The translations under genes were made by a program, and so were the position numbers. Shown piece after piece: positions 17,922-27,260 of a stretch of 64,000 nucleotides of DNA (positions are counted from its first letter, which is position 1; the number at the start of each line of letters is the position of its first letter). The stretch is from NCBI GenBank assembly GCA_016720545.1, contig JADKKK010000003.1, positions 217,516-281,515 on the forward strand, in the 5' to 3' direction. Source of the stretch: Myxococcales bacterium. GTDB taxonomy: Bacteria; Myxococcota_A; Polyangia; Polyangiales; Polyangiaceae. Below the pieces are notes generated by a model, which saw only the letters and a program-made list of their open reading frames with translations, ran no database searches and was not told the DNA's origin.

Positions 17922-19789
17922 ACGTAGGGCTCCCCGGGCTTCACGAGCCCCATCACGATGAACGTATCGAGGAACGACGGCAAGTAGCCCGTGGCGCGGA
18001 ACTCACCCACGACCTTGCCGCCTGGGCCCGTGCCCGTGCGCACGAAGGCGAAGATGTGGCGCAGCTCGATGTCGCCCGATTCGCGATCGAGGCCGGTCAC
18101 CTCGCTTATCGCGGTCACCTTGCGCGAGCCGTCGGAGAGGCGGCTCTGCTGGACGATCATGTTCACGCTCCCCGCGATCTGCTCGCGGATCGCGCGGACC
18201 GGCAGGTCGAGGCCCGACATGAGCACGAGCGTCTCGAGGCGGTTGATGGCCTCGCGCGGGGAGTTCGCGTGGGTCGTGGTCATCGACCCGTCGTGTCCCG
18301 TGTTCATGGCCTGGAGCATGTCGAGCGCCTCGCCGCCGCGGCACTCGCCGACGACGATGCGGTCGGGGCGCATACGCAGGGCGTTCTTCACGAGGTCGCG
18401 GATGGTGTACTCGCCGCGCCCCTCGAGGTTCGGCGGGCGGGTCTCGAGCGAGACGACGTGCGGCTGCTGCAGCTGGAGCTCGGCCGCGTCTTCGATGGTG
18501 ACGATGCGATCTTCCTCGGGGATCGAGGCGGAGAGCACGTTGAGCAGCGTGGTCTTCCCGCTGCCCGTGCCGCCCGAGATGACGATGTTCTTCTTCGCGA
18601 CCACGCAGCGCGTGAGGAAGCGGCCCATCTGCGTGGTCATCGAGCCGTAGTTGACGAGCTTCTCGAGCGTGAGCGGCACCTTCGAGAACTTGCGGATGGT
18701 GATGCACGCACCGCGGAGCGCGATGGGCTTGATGACCGCGTTCACGCGGGAGCCGTCTTTGAGGCGCGCGTCGACGAGCGGCGACGACTCGTCGATGCGT
18801 CGGCCGAGCGGCGTGACGATGCGCTCGATGACCGCGCGCACGCGCTCGTCGTCGGTGAACCGAGCCTCCGACAGCATGAGCTTGCCGCTGTTCTCGATGT
18901 AGATCGTGTTGGGATCCACGACCATGATCTCGCTGACCTTGGGGTCGGAGAGGAAGCGCTCCAGCGGCCCAAGGCCCAGGGCCTCGTCGGAGAGCTCGCC
19001 GATGAGCGTGTCGCGGTCGATCTCGGGCGGGATCTTCAGCGCCATGTTCGCCACGATCTGGCGGAGCGCGGTGAGCACCTTCGGGCGCATCGAGGGGTCG
19101 TCGAGCTTCTTCGCGTCGATGGTGGCGAGATCGAGGTGCTCGAGGAGCGCCTTGTGGATCTCGCGGCGCATTTCGACGTCTTTTCTTCGCTCTTCGTCGC
19201 GGGGCCGCGACGGCATGAGCTGCGCCTGCATCGCCGGGTTCTGCCCGAGCGCCTGGGGAGGGAGCGGGGGCGCCACGCCGCGCGTCTGCGCGTGGTGCTG
19301 CTGCATGTGCGCGGGCACCTGCCCCGACATGCCCATGTGACCCTGCTGGCCGCCGTGCTGCCCGTGCTGCCCTCCGTGCGCCCCCGGCTGACCCATGTGC
19401 GGGGGCATCTGCGAGGGCATCGGCGGCGGCGCCATCGGCGGCAGGCCCGTCCGCGGGCGGGTCTGCGGCGGCGGCGGCGCCTGCGGCGCGTCGCCCGGGA
19501 AGAACGCGACCGTGAAGTCGCCGAGCACCACCGGTGTGCCGAACGGCACCTCGATCGCCTCGCGCTTCAGCAGAATGCCGCCGGCGAGCGTGCCGTTCGT
19601 GGAGACGTCCTCGACGAGGATCGACTGCGGCCCAATCTGCACGACCGCGTGCTGCCGGGACACGAGATCGCTCTCGAGCCGGAGCACGCACTGCGCGTGA
19701 CGCCCGATGGAGATGGGTCCGGTGACGGCCATCGTCTCCTGACGCTGGCCCTGAGACTCCGACTGGATGAGGACCCGAACCGAGGTCAT
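17918..19789 (-). CDS. FHA-domain-fused CpaF/TadA-family secretion ATPase
   Basis: The N-terminus is a canonical FHA ('[30 protein letters not shown]...DVSTNGT'). A ~170-aa Pro/Gln/His/Met-rich low-complexity linker follows. The CpaF core comes next, with Walker A ('[10 protein letters not shown]') and '[32 protein letters not shown]'. An AGGAG ribosome-binding site lies 6 nt before the ATG. Confidence 0.85.
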   Translation of the reverse strand: MTSVRVLIQSESQGQRQETMAVTGPISIGRHAQCVLRLESDLVSRQHAVVQIGPQSILVEDVSTNGTLAGGILLKREAIEVPFGTPVVLGDFTVAFFPGDAPQAPPPPQTRPRTGLPPMAPPPMPSQMPPHMGQPGAHGGQHGQHGGQQGHMGMSGQVPAHMQQHHAQTRGVAPPLPPQALGQNPAMQAQLMPSRPRDEERRKDVEMRREIHKALLEHLDLATIDAKKLDDPSMRPKVLTALRQIVANMALKIPPEIDRDTLIGELSDEALGLGPLERFLSDPKVSEIMVVDPNTIYIENSGKLMLSEARFTDDERVRAVIERIVTPLGRRIDESSPLVDARLKDGSRVNAVIKPIALRGACITIRKFSKVPLTLEKLVNYGSMTTQMGRFLTRCVVAKKNIVISGGTGSGKTTLLNVLSASIPEEDRIVTIEDAAELQLQQPHVVSLETRPPNLEGRGEYTIRDLVKNALRMRPDRIVVGECRGGEALDMLQAMNTGHDGSMTTTHANSPREAINRLETLVLMSGLDLPVRAIREQIAGSVNMIVQQSRLSDGSRKVTAISEVTGLDRESGDIELRHIFAFVRTGTGPGGKVVGEFRATGYLPSFLDTFIVMGLVKPGEPYV

Positions 19790-19828
19790 GCCCTGCTCCT
19801 CGCAGTTTCGGCGGCGGCGGCCATGGCC

Positions 19829-19888
19829 GCTACTTGGCCGCTTACTTGGCCGCTTACTTGGCCGCTTACTTGGCCGCTTACTTGGCCG
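19829..19888. repeat. 12-bp tandem direct repeat (cttacttggccg) x~5
   Basis: Four perfect units plus one degenerate unit lie immediately 3' of the secretin gene. The rightmost unit supplies the secretin stop codon (TAA), and each further unit carries TAA in the same frame. The repeats are in the intergenic space before the FHA-CpaF gene. Confidence 0.75.
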
Positions 19889-21206
19889 ATGGGGGAGCCT
19901 TCGGGAAGGCCTCCACGTTGTCGATGTCCCCCGAGTAGTCCTTGAAGCTGTTCAAGGCGTTGTTGATGATCTCGAGCGAGCTCTTCGGCACCGAGTCCAC
20001 GACGCTGGGGATGATGAACACAGCGCCTTCGGTCTCGGCGTTGTCCCAGCGCTGGCTCCCGAAGAGCGCCCCGACGACGGGCAGCTGCGCGAGGCCCGGC
20101 AGGCCCGCGCTGTCGCGGCGACGGGTCTGGGTCTTGATTCCCGAGAGGACGAGCGCTTGGCCAAGCTTCAGCGTGACGAGGGTCTCGAGCTTGGTGGTCG
20201 AGCGCCCCGGCACCGTGCCCGAGGCCGCCGGCGTGAGGTCGGCCACATCGGCCGCGAGCTTGATCTCGACGTCCTTCGAGTTGACGTCGTACCGCGGCAG
20301 CACGGTCACGTTCGTGCCGAACTGCACCTTGACGAGGCCTACCGAGTTCGCGGTGACCTGCTGGAAGTTCTGCTCGCCGCCGCTCTGGAAGGTGGCCTCG
20401 GAGCCGTTCGACGTGATGACCGTCGACTGCTTCATGATGCGCACCCAGCCGTAGCGCGACCCGATGTCGAGGCGCGGCATGGGCTGGTTCACGATGTTCG
20501 CCTCGGCGCGCGTGGCGGTCTTGGCGATGAAGTCGAAGTCGATGCGCGTGGCGACGATCTGCTGGCCTTGGCCGGAGACGCCGCCGATGGCGTCGGGCCA
20601 CCCGATGCCCACCGTGTAGTTCCAGCTCTTCTCGTACTGGACGAAGTAAAAGTCGAGTCGCATCAACAGCTTACGGTCGGCGGCGCCCTGCCCCACCGTG
20701 ACCACCGACTCGACCTGCCCTTGATACAGCGAGGCGATCTGCTGGATGCGCTTGGAGTCGGATTCGCTCGAGACGCCGCCCTCGATGAACACGCGGCCGC
20801 CCACTCGACGCACCCGAATGCCCGGGATGCCCTCGAGGAGCTGCACGAGCTCCTTCTCGACCACCTGCGGCGGGCGCTGAGCCACCGAGATGTCGTACGT
20901 CACCTGCGACTTGTCCTTGCGGATGAGGAGCAGCGTGGTGGAGCCGGGCTTCACGGCGCGGAGCACGAACTGCGACTTGTCGTCGGTGAGCTGCACGCTC
21001 ACGATGCCGGCCTGACCCTCGGTGTACTGGTCGATGCCGGACGCGGGGATGGTCTTGGTCTCGCCGATGGCGAGCGCGATGTCCTCGCGCTTCTGCGAGC
21101 CCTGCGCCGCGGCGGCGCGAGGCACGATGGAGAGCGAGATCGCCGAGGCGACCCCCATCGCCCCCGCGAGCCAGAAGATACGTGTGGAGCGCTTCAAGCT
21201 AAGCAT
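19878..21206 (-). CDS. Secretin, CpaC/RcpA-like outer-membrane channel
   Basis: The internal ATG gives a signal peptide ('MLSLKRSTRIFWLAGAMGVASA'). The C-terminal secretin domain reads '...LVLSGIKTQTRRRDSAGLPGLAQLPVVGALFGS...AVFIIPSVV'. Its start overlaps the CpaB stop (TGATG). The upstream 170 aa of the track ORF are rejected. Confidence 0.75.
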   Translation of the reverse strand: MLSLKRSTRIFWLAGAMGVASAISLSIVPRAAAAQGSQKREDIALAIGETKTIPASGIDQYTEGQAGIVSVQLTDDKSQFVLRAVKPGSTTLLLIRKDKSQVTYDISVAQRPPQVVEKELVQLLEGIPGIRVRRVGGRVFIEGGVSSESDSKRIQQIASLYQGQVESVVTVGQGAADRKLLMRLDFYFVQYEKSWNYTVGIGWPDAIGGVSGQGQQIVATRIDFDFIAKTATRAEANIVNQPMPRLDIGSRYGWVRIMKQSTVITSNGSEATFQSGGEQNFQQVTANSVGLVKVQFGTNVTVLPRYDVNSKDVEIKLAADVADLTPAASGTVPGRSTTKLETLVTLKLGQALVLSGIKTQTRRRDSAGLPGLAQLPVVGALFGSQRWDNAETEGAVFIIPSVVDSVPKSSLEIINNALNSFKDYSGDIDNVEAFPKAPPSAK

Positions 21207-22033
21207 CACGGGTTCTGTCCTCCGCCACCGATCACGGTGGGCCCCCTGGGTGTACGCACGCCAGGGATGGTGGCCCGCTGCTCGGGCTTCAAGATTGCGT
21301 CCATGTTGATGTCGACCAGACCGACCGTGGTCTTGTTGTCCTCGGGGTTGCGGACCGCGACCGCGAGGCGGCCACGCTCGGCGGCGAGGGCGAGGATCTG
21401 GGCCTCCGGGAGCGTGAGGCTCAGCGTGAGGAGGTTCTCGCGATCGGCCGACTTGTCGCGGCTCTCGCTCGCCTCGACCGACGTGTCGACGCCCGTCGCG
21501 AGCACGAGGACGCGCTGGAGGAGCACCACCGCGTTCTTCGCCTCGCTGATGCCGCCGGCGCCGAGGACGCCGATGACGTCGACGTAGTCGCCCGGGCGGA
21601 TGAGCGCGATGCTCGAGTCGTCGCGGGCGGTGCGGATCGACACCGCGCGGTAGCCCGGCTGCACGAGCACGCTGAGCTCCTTGCGGTCCTCGTTCGCCGT
21701 GGCGAGGTCGGTCCACATGAGGGTCTGACCGGCCTTCACGGTGGTGCCCACGCGGAGGTTCAAGATCTTCGACTTCTCGGCCTCCTTCACGGAGCGCTCT
21801 TCGACGTAAGCGATCGGGATCTCGCGCGTCGCGATGTTGTCTTCGCTCAGCGCCTTGCCGCGATCGACCTGCTTGACGACGGTGAGCACGCGCACGCGCT
21901 CACCGCCGGAGGCCTCGACCTCGAAGCGGCGCTGGTACAGAAAGAGCAGGAAGATCCCGAGGATGCCGACCACGACGGCGATGGCGAGGGCGCGACGATT
22001 CACGAAGTGGCCTCCGCGTGGGCGTCCGAGCAC
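21206..22033 (-). CDS. CpaB-like Flp pilus assembly protein (SAF domain)
   Basis: It has an N-terminal TM ('ALAIAVVVGILGIFLLFLY') and CpaB/RcpC-like sequence, and lies immediately upstream of the secretin. Confidence 0.65.
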   Translation of the reverse strand: MLGRPRGGHFVNRRALAIAVVVGILGIFLLFLYQRRFEVEASGGERVRVLTVVKQVDRGKALSEDNIATREIPIAYVEERSVKEAEKSKILNLRVGTTVKAGQTLMWTDLATANEDRKELSVLVQPGYRAVSIRTARDDSSIALIRPGDYVDVIGVLGAGGISEAKNAVVLLQRVLVLATGVDTSVEASESRDKSADRENLLTLSLTLPEAQILALAAERGRLAVAVRNPEDNKTTVGLVDINMDAILKPEQRATIPGVRTPRGPTVIGGGGQNP

Positions 22034-22249
22034 AGGCTCGTGTTCGTCATGGGGATCTCCTCACCCTCCGGGCGGCGACGCCGTACTGTGGCGCGCGAGG
22101 CGCTCGCTTGCGGTTTCATGAGTTTGTCCACGGTAGCGACAATTCCGCGACGCAGGAAGCCTCATCGCGCGCGTCCCGACGCGGCGACCGCGACGCAGCG
22201 CGCGGTTCCATCCCCACGGCACGAATCCGCTGCGGGCGTCCGCGCGGCC

Positions 22250-25177
22250 TCAGAAGCTCACGCTCACGTTCGCGAGGAAGCTGCGCCCGTTCTGCAGGAT
22301 CGTGCGCTGGCGGAACTCGCGGCTCGGAATCGATTCGTAGCGGGAATCCGCGAGGTTGTACGCGCCCACGGCGTACCGAGCGTTCAGGCGCTCGATCTCG
22401 CCGGAGAACACGAGGTCGCCGACGATGCCCGCGCGCGACGAGCCCTGGGGCGGGTCGGTCACTTCGTTGTCCGAGTCGAAGCGCGGCCCCTCGACCGAGA
22501 CGCGCATCATGGCCATCAGCGATCTCCCCACGATCGGCGCCGCGCCCTTCACCGAGCCGAGCACCACCGGCGAGTTGGGGACCTGGCGGAGCGTTGGAGC
22601 GTCGAGGTACCGCGCCTTCTGCACCGAGACGGTGGCGCTGGCCATGAAGCCCTGACGCCACTCGCGTCGCAGCTCCGCCTCGCCACCCGCGACGAGGACG
22701 GGCGAGTCGCTGTTCTCGTAGCGGAGCTTGCCCGCCGAGATCTCCTTCAGCTCGATCAGGCCGCTGACGTAGTTCGTGTATCCTGCAAGGAGCGCGACGA
22801 GCGTCGGCGAAATTCGCTGCGACACCTCGACCTCGCCCGAGGTGACCTGCTCGGGCTTCAGGTCCGCGGCGGCGGCCCGATCGGAGCCGTTCGAGAAGAG
22901 CTCGTAGACGCTCGGCGAGCGGAACGCCTTGCCGCCGAGCAGCTTGATCTTTCCGCCCTTCCACGTGTCGAAGATCAGCGCGAGGCGCGGGTTCGTCGCG
23001 CCGAGCGGATCGAAGGCGACGTTCGAGTAGTAGTCGACGCGGGCGCCCGCGGAAATCTTCACGGCCTTCACGGGCGTGATGTCGCCGACCAGGTAGCCGG
23101 CGGCGTTCATGTAGGGGTCGTTGCGGTTCGTGTAGACCTGCGACGCGTCGGCCGCGAACTGCCTCGCCTGGAGGTGCCCGATGAGCTCGGCGCCGACGGT
23201 GATGCGCAGGGAGTCGGCGGGCTTCAGGACGAGGCGCTGCTCGCCGCCGATCCACTTCCCGTAGAACACCTCGGTCTCGAGGCTCGGGCGCGGATCAGAC
23301 CCGTAGGTGCCGTAGTAGTTGTAGAGGTTCAGGTGCACGCGCGAGAGGCTCTCCACGCGCTTGCCGAGGTTGGGCTCGACGCGCAGCTCGACGAGCCCGC
23401 GTGTGTCGCGGACCTTGCTGCGCGGGTCGCCGAGGACCGACTCGTACGCGCCGGTGGGGATGCTCTTGGTCCGATGCGACAGCATCCACTGCACCGTGAT
23501 GAAGCGCCACCAGGCACGCCCCCCGATCGAGCCGGCGCTGAAGCCATCCGCGTTGCGGACGTTGCCGTCGGACGGGAGGCCGTCGGCCCCGAGCTCGGGG
23601 TCCGTCGCGCGGGGGTCGTTCCGGTACTCGGGGAAGTAGAAGTCCCGGCCGCCGCTCCGGGCGATCGCGAGGGAGGTCCACACGCCCCCGTCTTCGCCTA
23701 GCCGCAGAACCCCGGTCGCGCGCGCACGACCGACGCCGTCGAGCGCGGTGCCTCCGGCGACCTCTCCGTGCGTGCGCACCTGACGGCTGCGAGTGACGAG
23801 GTTGATGACACCGAAGAACGCACCGGTACCGTAGAGGACGGACCCCGGGCCTCGGACCACCTCGATGCGGTCGATGTCGTCGAGGTCCACACGGGCGTGG
23901 AACCCCACCAGGGACGAGCCGGCGTAGTTGTCGTTCGTGGACTGCCCGTCGATCGTCACCAGGATGCGATTGCCATAGTCGCCGGGCCTCGAGAAGCCAC
24001 GCACGCCGACCGCTTCGTAGTTTCGATCGTCGCTCAGGTACATGCCGCGCACACCACGCACGGCCTCCGAGATGGTGGGGTAGCCCATCGCGCGGAGCTC
24101 GGCGCCGGTGATGATGGTGACCGACGCGGGCGCGTCCTCCACCGACTCGAGCGAGCGCGAAGCCGCGGCGACCTCGTCGAGCTCGAGCAGCTCGGCCTCC
24201 ACCTTGGCCTGAGTCTGCTTCCGCACCCTGACCTTGCGGACCACGGCGCGGTAGCCGCCCTTCTCGACGCGCACCTCATGTTCACCTTCGGTGATCGACA
24301 GCACGGCGGGGGTGAATCCGCTCGCGTTGCCGTCGACCGTCACCAGCGCTTCGCGGACGTCAGCGGACACGAGGAGCGTGCCGAACACGGCGGCGAGGCG
24401 CGGACGCACGACGGTGGTCGCGTTCGCGGCGATCTCGGCCGCCACCTCGACTCCCTGAAATCCGTTCTTCGTGACGTACAGCGTCCGGCGGCCCATCGGC
24501 AGGCGCTCCGTGCACGGGATCACGCAGAGCGGCTTCGCGTCCTCCGGAGCGAGCCGAACTTCCGCGCCGGTCGGGTCGCCCTCGACCCGAAGAGTCCCGA
24601 AGATTGGCGCGAGCGGGATTCGAACGGTCGTGTCGGTGCCGAGCTTCAGCTCGACCCCCTCGACCTTGCCGGGCTCGTGGGCCGCTCGCTCGCCGAGGAA
24701 GGTGTAGCGGCCGGCAGGCAGCGCGAGGACCATGGGCGTCTGCCCGCGCGCTCCGAGGTCCTTGCGGTCGATGAAGAGCGTCGCGCCTGGCGGGGTCGAC
24801 TCCACGCGGACGACCGCGACGAGCGGCCTGATGCGCGCGATGGCGTCGCCGATGCGAGTCCGGATCGCGGGGTCGGGCTCTCCGTCCAGCGCGCGCTGGT
24901 AGTAGCGGTACGCGTCCGCCGGCTGCTTCAGCTGCTCGTAGGTCCGCGCGATGTTGAAGAGCACGTTCTTGTTGGGAACGAGCCTGTTGGAGGCCAGAAA
25001 ATGCTCGAGCGCGCCGTTGAAGTCGCCGACCTCGTAGCGCTTCGCTGCGAGCCGAAACTGGAAGTCCGCCTCGTCGGCGACGTCGTCGGCGTAGGCCACG
25101 GCGGACACGCCGAAGAGGCCCACCAGTGAGAGGGCTGTCAGTCCGAGGCGGAGAACGCGCGGAGCCTTGCGGAACAT
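22250..25177 (-). CDS. TonB-dependent-receptor-like outer-membrane barrel with N-terminal TPR and three PEGA-like domains
   Basis: It has a signal peptide, then TPR ('YEVGDFNGALEHFLASN...YEQLKQPADAYRYYQRAL') and three PEGA/carboxypeptidase-regulatory-like repeats. A TonB-dependent-receptor plug follows ('DAPASVTIITGAELRAMGYPTISEAVRGVRGMY...RGFS') and then a long beta-barrel ending in Phe. Confidence 0.75.
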   Translation of the reverse strand: MFRKAPRVLRLGLTALSLVGLFGVSAVAYADDVADEADFQFRLAAKRYEVGDFNGALEHFLASNRLVPNKNVLFNIARTYEQLKQPADAYRYYQRALDGEPDPAIRTRIGDAIARIRPLVAVVRVESTPPGATLFIDRKDLGARGQTPMVLALPAGRYTFLGERAAHEPGKVEGVELKLGTDTTVRIPLAPIFGTLRVEGDPTGAEVRLAPEDAKPLCVIPCTERLPMGRRTLYVTKNGFQGVEVAAEIAANATTVVRPRLAAVFGTLLVSADVREALVTVDGNASGFTPAVLSITEGEHEVRVEKGGYRAVVRKVRVRKQTQAKVEAELLELDEVAAASRSLESVEDAPASVTIITGAELRAMGYPTISEAVRGVRGMYLSDDRNYEAVGVRGFSRPGDYGNRILVTIDGQSTNDNYAGSSLVGFHARVDLDDIDRIEVVRGPGSVLYGTGAFFGVINLVTRSRQVRTHGEVAGGTALDGVGRARATGVLRLGEDGGVWTSLAIARSGGRDFYFPEYRNDPRATDPELGADGLPSDGNVRNADGFSAGSIGGRAWWRFITVQWMLSHRTKSIPTGAYESVLGDPRSKVRDTRGLVELRVEPNLGKRVESLSRVHLNLYNYYGTYGSDPRPSLETEVFYGKWIGGEQRLVLKPADSLRITVGAELIGHLQARQFAADASQVYTNRNDPYMNAAGYLVGDITPVKAVKISAGARVDYYSNVAFDPLGATNPRLALIFDTWKGGKIKLLGGKAFRSPSVYELFSNGSDRAAAADLKPEQVTSGEVEVSQRISPTLVALLAGYTNYVSGLIELKEISAGKLRYENSDSPVLVAGGEAELRREWRQGFMASATVSVQKARYLDAPTLRQVPNSPVVLGSVKGAAPIVGRSLMAMMRVSVEGPRFDSDNEVTDPPQGSSRAGIVGDLVFSGEIERLNARYAVGAYNLADSRYESIPSREFRQRTILQNGRSFLANVSVSF

Positions 25178-25251
25178 ACGGGAGACACGTTACGCGGACG
25201 GGCGACCGCGCCGGCGATGAAAAGCGCGCGGCCCGAGCGAATCGGACGGCG

Positions 25252-26775
25252 TCACCGCTGGAGGATGATGTCCCCGGTCGCGGGCGGCTTCACGGCGGGC
25301 ACCGGCGAGGACGGCGCCGCCTTGGGGTGCCCCGCCGCGTTCGTGTGAGCGCCCTTGGTAGGCGACGCGGATGCGGTGGGCGCGGCGCTCGCCGAGGCGA
25401 GGGCGCTCGCGGACGGTGCGGACGCCAAGGCGACCGGCAGGGCAGTCGCGCTCGGCGGGCTCACGAGGGTGGCCGCCGGCGGCGGGGCGGGCGCGGTGGC
25501 CTGCGTCGCACGCCAGACGAGGACGATCGCGAGCGAAAGCAGCCCGAGCGCCGTGGCGCTGGTCGAGATCACGAGGGCGATGTTGCGGCTCGGTGGCGGG
25601 GCGCCGTGGACCTCGGGGCCGGTCGCGGAGGCCATCGAGAGCCCGGTGCCAGGGGTCGAGCTGCGCTCCTGGCCGGCGAGCGTCACGCCCACGACAGGGG
25701 CGGCGGCGGAGGCCACCAGGCTAGGCTGCGGCCCGCCCGTGGGAAGCGACGCGTCGGCGGTGGGCAACTGCGGGAGGTCGAGCGGGGCGAGCTCGCCCGT
25801 GACCATGAGCGGGCCCCTCGAGAGCTGTCGCTCGATGACGGCGCGGATACGCGCGCGCTCCTCCGCGAAGTGCTCGGCGACCGCCGTGCCCACTGGGCGA
25901 AGCTGCGGGGGCGGGTCGAGCGTCGCCAAGTACGCGTCGATCGGGGCGCGCATCGCGGCCGCGGTGGAGAACCGGTCGTCCGGCTTGGGCGCGAGCGCGC
26001 GAGCGCACACCTCAACCAGCGCCGGTGGCGCGTCTGGGGCGAACTCGGTGAGCTTCGGCAGCTCGCCCATCGCGAGGTAGTGGATGATCCCTGCGTCCGG
26101 GAGATCCTTCCACATGCGTCGGCCCGCGACGGCCTCCCACAGCATGATGCCCACGGCGAAGATGTCCGCGCGGCGATCCACCTTACGGCCCAGCGCCTGC
26201 TCGGGCGCCATATAGGAAATTTTTCCTTTGATGACGCCGGTTTGCGTCTTCTGCGACGACGTCGCCGCCTTCGCGACGCCGAAGTCGACGACCTTCACCT
26301 GGCCGTCGAAGGTGACGAAGACGTTGTGCGGGCTCACGTCGCGATGCACGACGTTGAGCGGCGTCCCGTCCCAGTCGACCGCCTCGTGCGCGGCGTGGAG
26401 GCCCTCGAGCACCTCGGCGAGGACACGGACGTGAGAGTCGACCGAGAGCGCTCCTTTGCGAATGAGGCGGGAGCGCACGTTGGAGAGGGGCTGCCCCTCC
26501 AGGTACTCCATGACCAGCATGTACTTCCCGTCGCCGTCCATGACCTCGTAGGTCTGGACGATGTTCGGGTGGTTTAGGCGCGCCGCGAGCCGCGCCTCGT
26601 CGAGGAACATCTCGCGAAACTCGTACTCCTCCGCGAGCTCTGCCTTCAGCTGCTTGACGACGACGAGCTTGGTGAAGCGGCTCGGCCCCTCGGCGGCGGC
26701 GAGGTAGACCGTCGCCATGCCTCCCCGCCCAAGCTCCCCCAGGAGGCGGTATTTTCCAAGGGTAGGCTCCGTCAT
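25252..26775 (-). CDS. Ser/Thr protein kinase with TM segment and Ala/Pro-rich extracytoplasmic tail
   Basis: The kinase motifs are present ('LGRGGMATVYLA', 'VVK', 'HRDVSPHNVFV', 'DFGVAK', 'YMAPEQ'), followed by a TM ('IALVISTSATALGLLSLAIVLV'). Confidence 0.85.
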   Translation of the reverse strand: MTEPTLGKYRLLGELGRGGMATVYLAAAEGPSRFTKLVVVKQLKAELAEEYEFREMFLDEARLAARLNHPNIVQTYEVMDGDGKYMLVMEYLEGQPLSNVRSRLIRKGALSVDSHVRVLAEVLEGLHAAHEAVDWDGTPLNVVHRDVSPHNVFVTFDGQVKVVDFGVAKAATSSQKTQTGVIKGKISYMAPEQALGRKVDRRADIFAVGIMLWEAVAGRRMWKDLPDAGIIHYLAMGELPKLTEFAPDAPPALVEVCARALAPKPDDRFSTAAAMRAPIDAYLATLDPPPQLRPVGTAVAEHFAEERARIRAVIERQLSRGPLMVTGELAPLDLPQLPTADASLPTGGPQPSLVASAAAPVVGVTLAGQERSSTPGTGLSMASATGPEVHGAPPPSRNIALVISTSATALGLLSLAIVLVWRATQATAPAPPPAATLVSPPSATALPVALASAPSASALASASAAPTASASPTKGAHTNAAGHPKAAPSSPVPAVKPPATGDIILQR

Positions 26776-26867
26776 CGGGTCACCGAGCCCAGAGCGCGAC
26801 GGTCCGCCGGGAGCGCATCACAGGAGCATACCCCACGCCGCGCGACGAGAGAAGCGCGAGCTTGCCT

Positions 26868-27260
26868 TCAGGGAGACGGGCACTTCCCGCGGCAGGCGGC
26901 CCGAACCGCGTGGCACTTGTCGATGCAGGGCTTCAGCTTGTCGGCGCACTTGCTGAGGCACTTGTTGTCGTTCAGCGTCTTCTGCTTCTTCGCCTCTTCC
27001 TCGGTCGTCTTGCAGGCCTTGAAGCAGGGCTCTTCCTTCTTCAGACAGAGCGACGAACAGTAGGTGCTGCCCTGGTCGCAGCGCTGCCCGCACGCCGTGG
27101 CCTGCTCGGCGTCGGCGCAGGCCTGCTCGACCAGCTCCACGCCCTCGGACGACAAGTCAGCCGACCCCGCACAGCGCACCGAGCTCGAGGGGGAGAAGGC
27201 GAGCAGCCAGGCGCCGAAGAAGGTCGCGACCGAGCCGCTGATCCGCGCGAGGGAGCTCAT
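26868..27260 (-). CDS. Small secreted Cys-rich protein (about 14 Cys, repeated CX3C pairs)
   Basis: The internal ATG gives a signal peptide ('MSSLARISGSVATFFGAWLLAFS'). The mature ~105 aa contain paired CX3C motifs ('PCFKAC', 'KCLSKC', 'PCIDKC', 'ACRGKC'). The ATG overlaps the upstream gene's stop (ATGA). Confidence 0.5.
   Translation of the reverse strand: MSSLARISGSVATFFGAWLLAFSPSSSVRCAGSADLSSEGVELVEQACADAEQATACGQRCDQGSTYCSSLCLKKEEPCFKACKTTEEEAKKQKTLNDNKCLSKCADKLKPCIDKCHAVRAACRGKCPSP

Noticed and set aside
19767-19900. (LLGR)n peptide encoded on the plus strand by the 12-bp repeat
   Set aside because: It lies at the start of an antisense artefact ORF. On the coding (minus) strand the repeats are 3' of the secretin stop.
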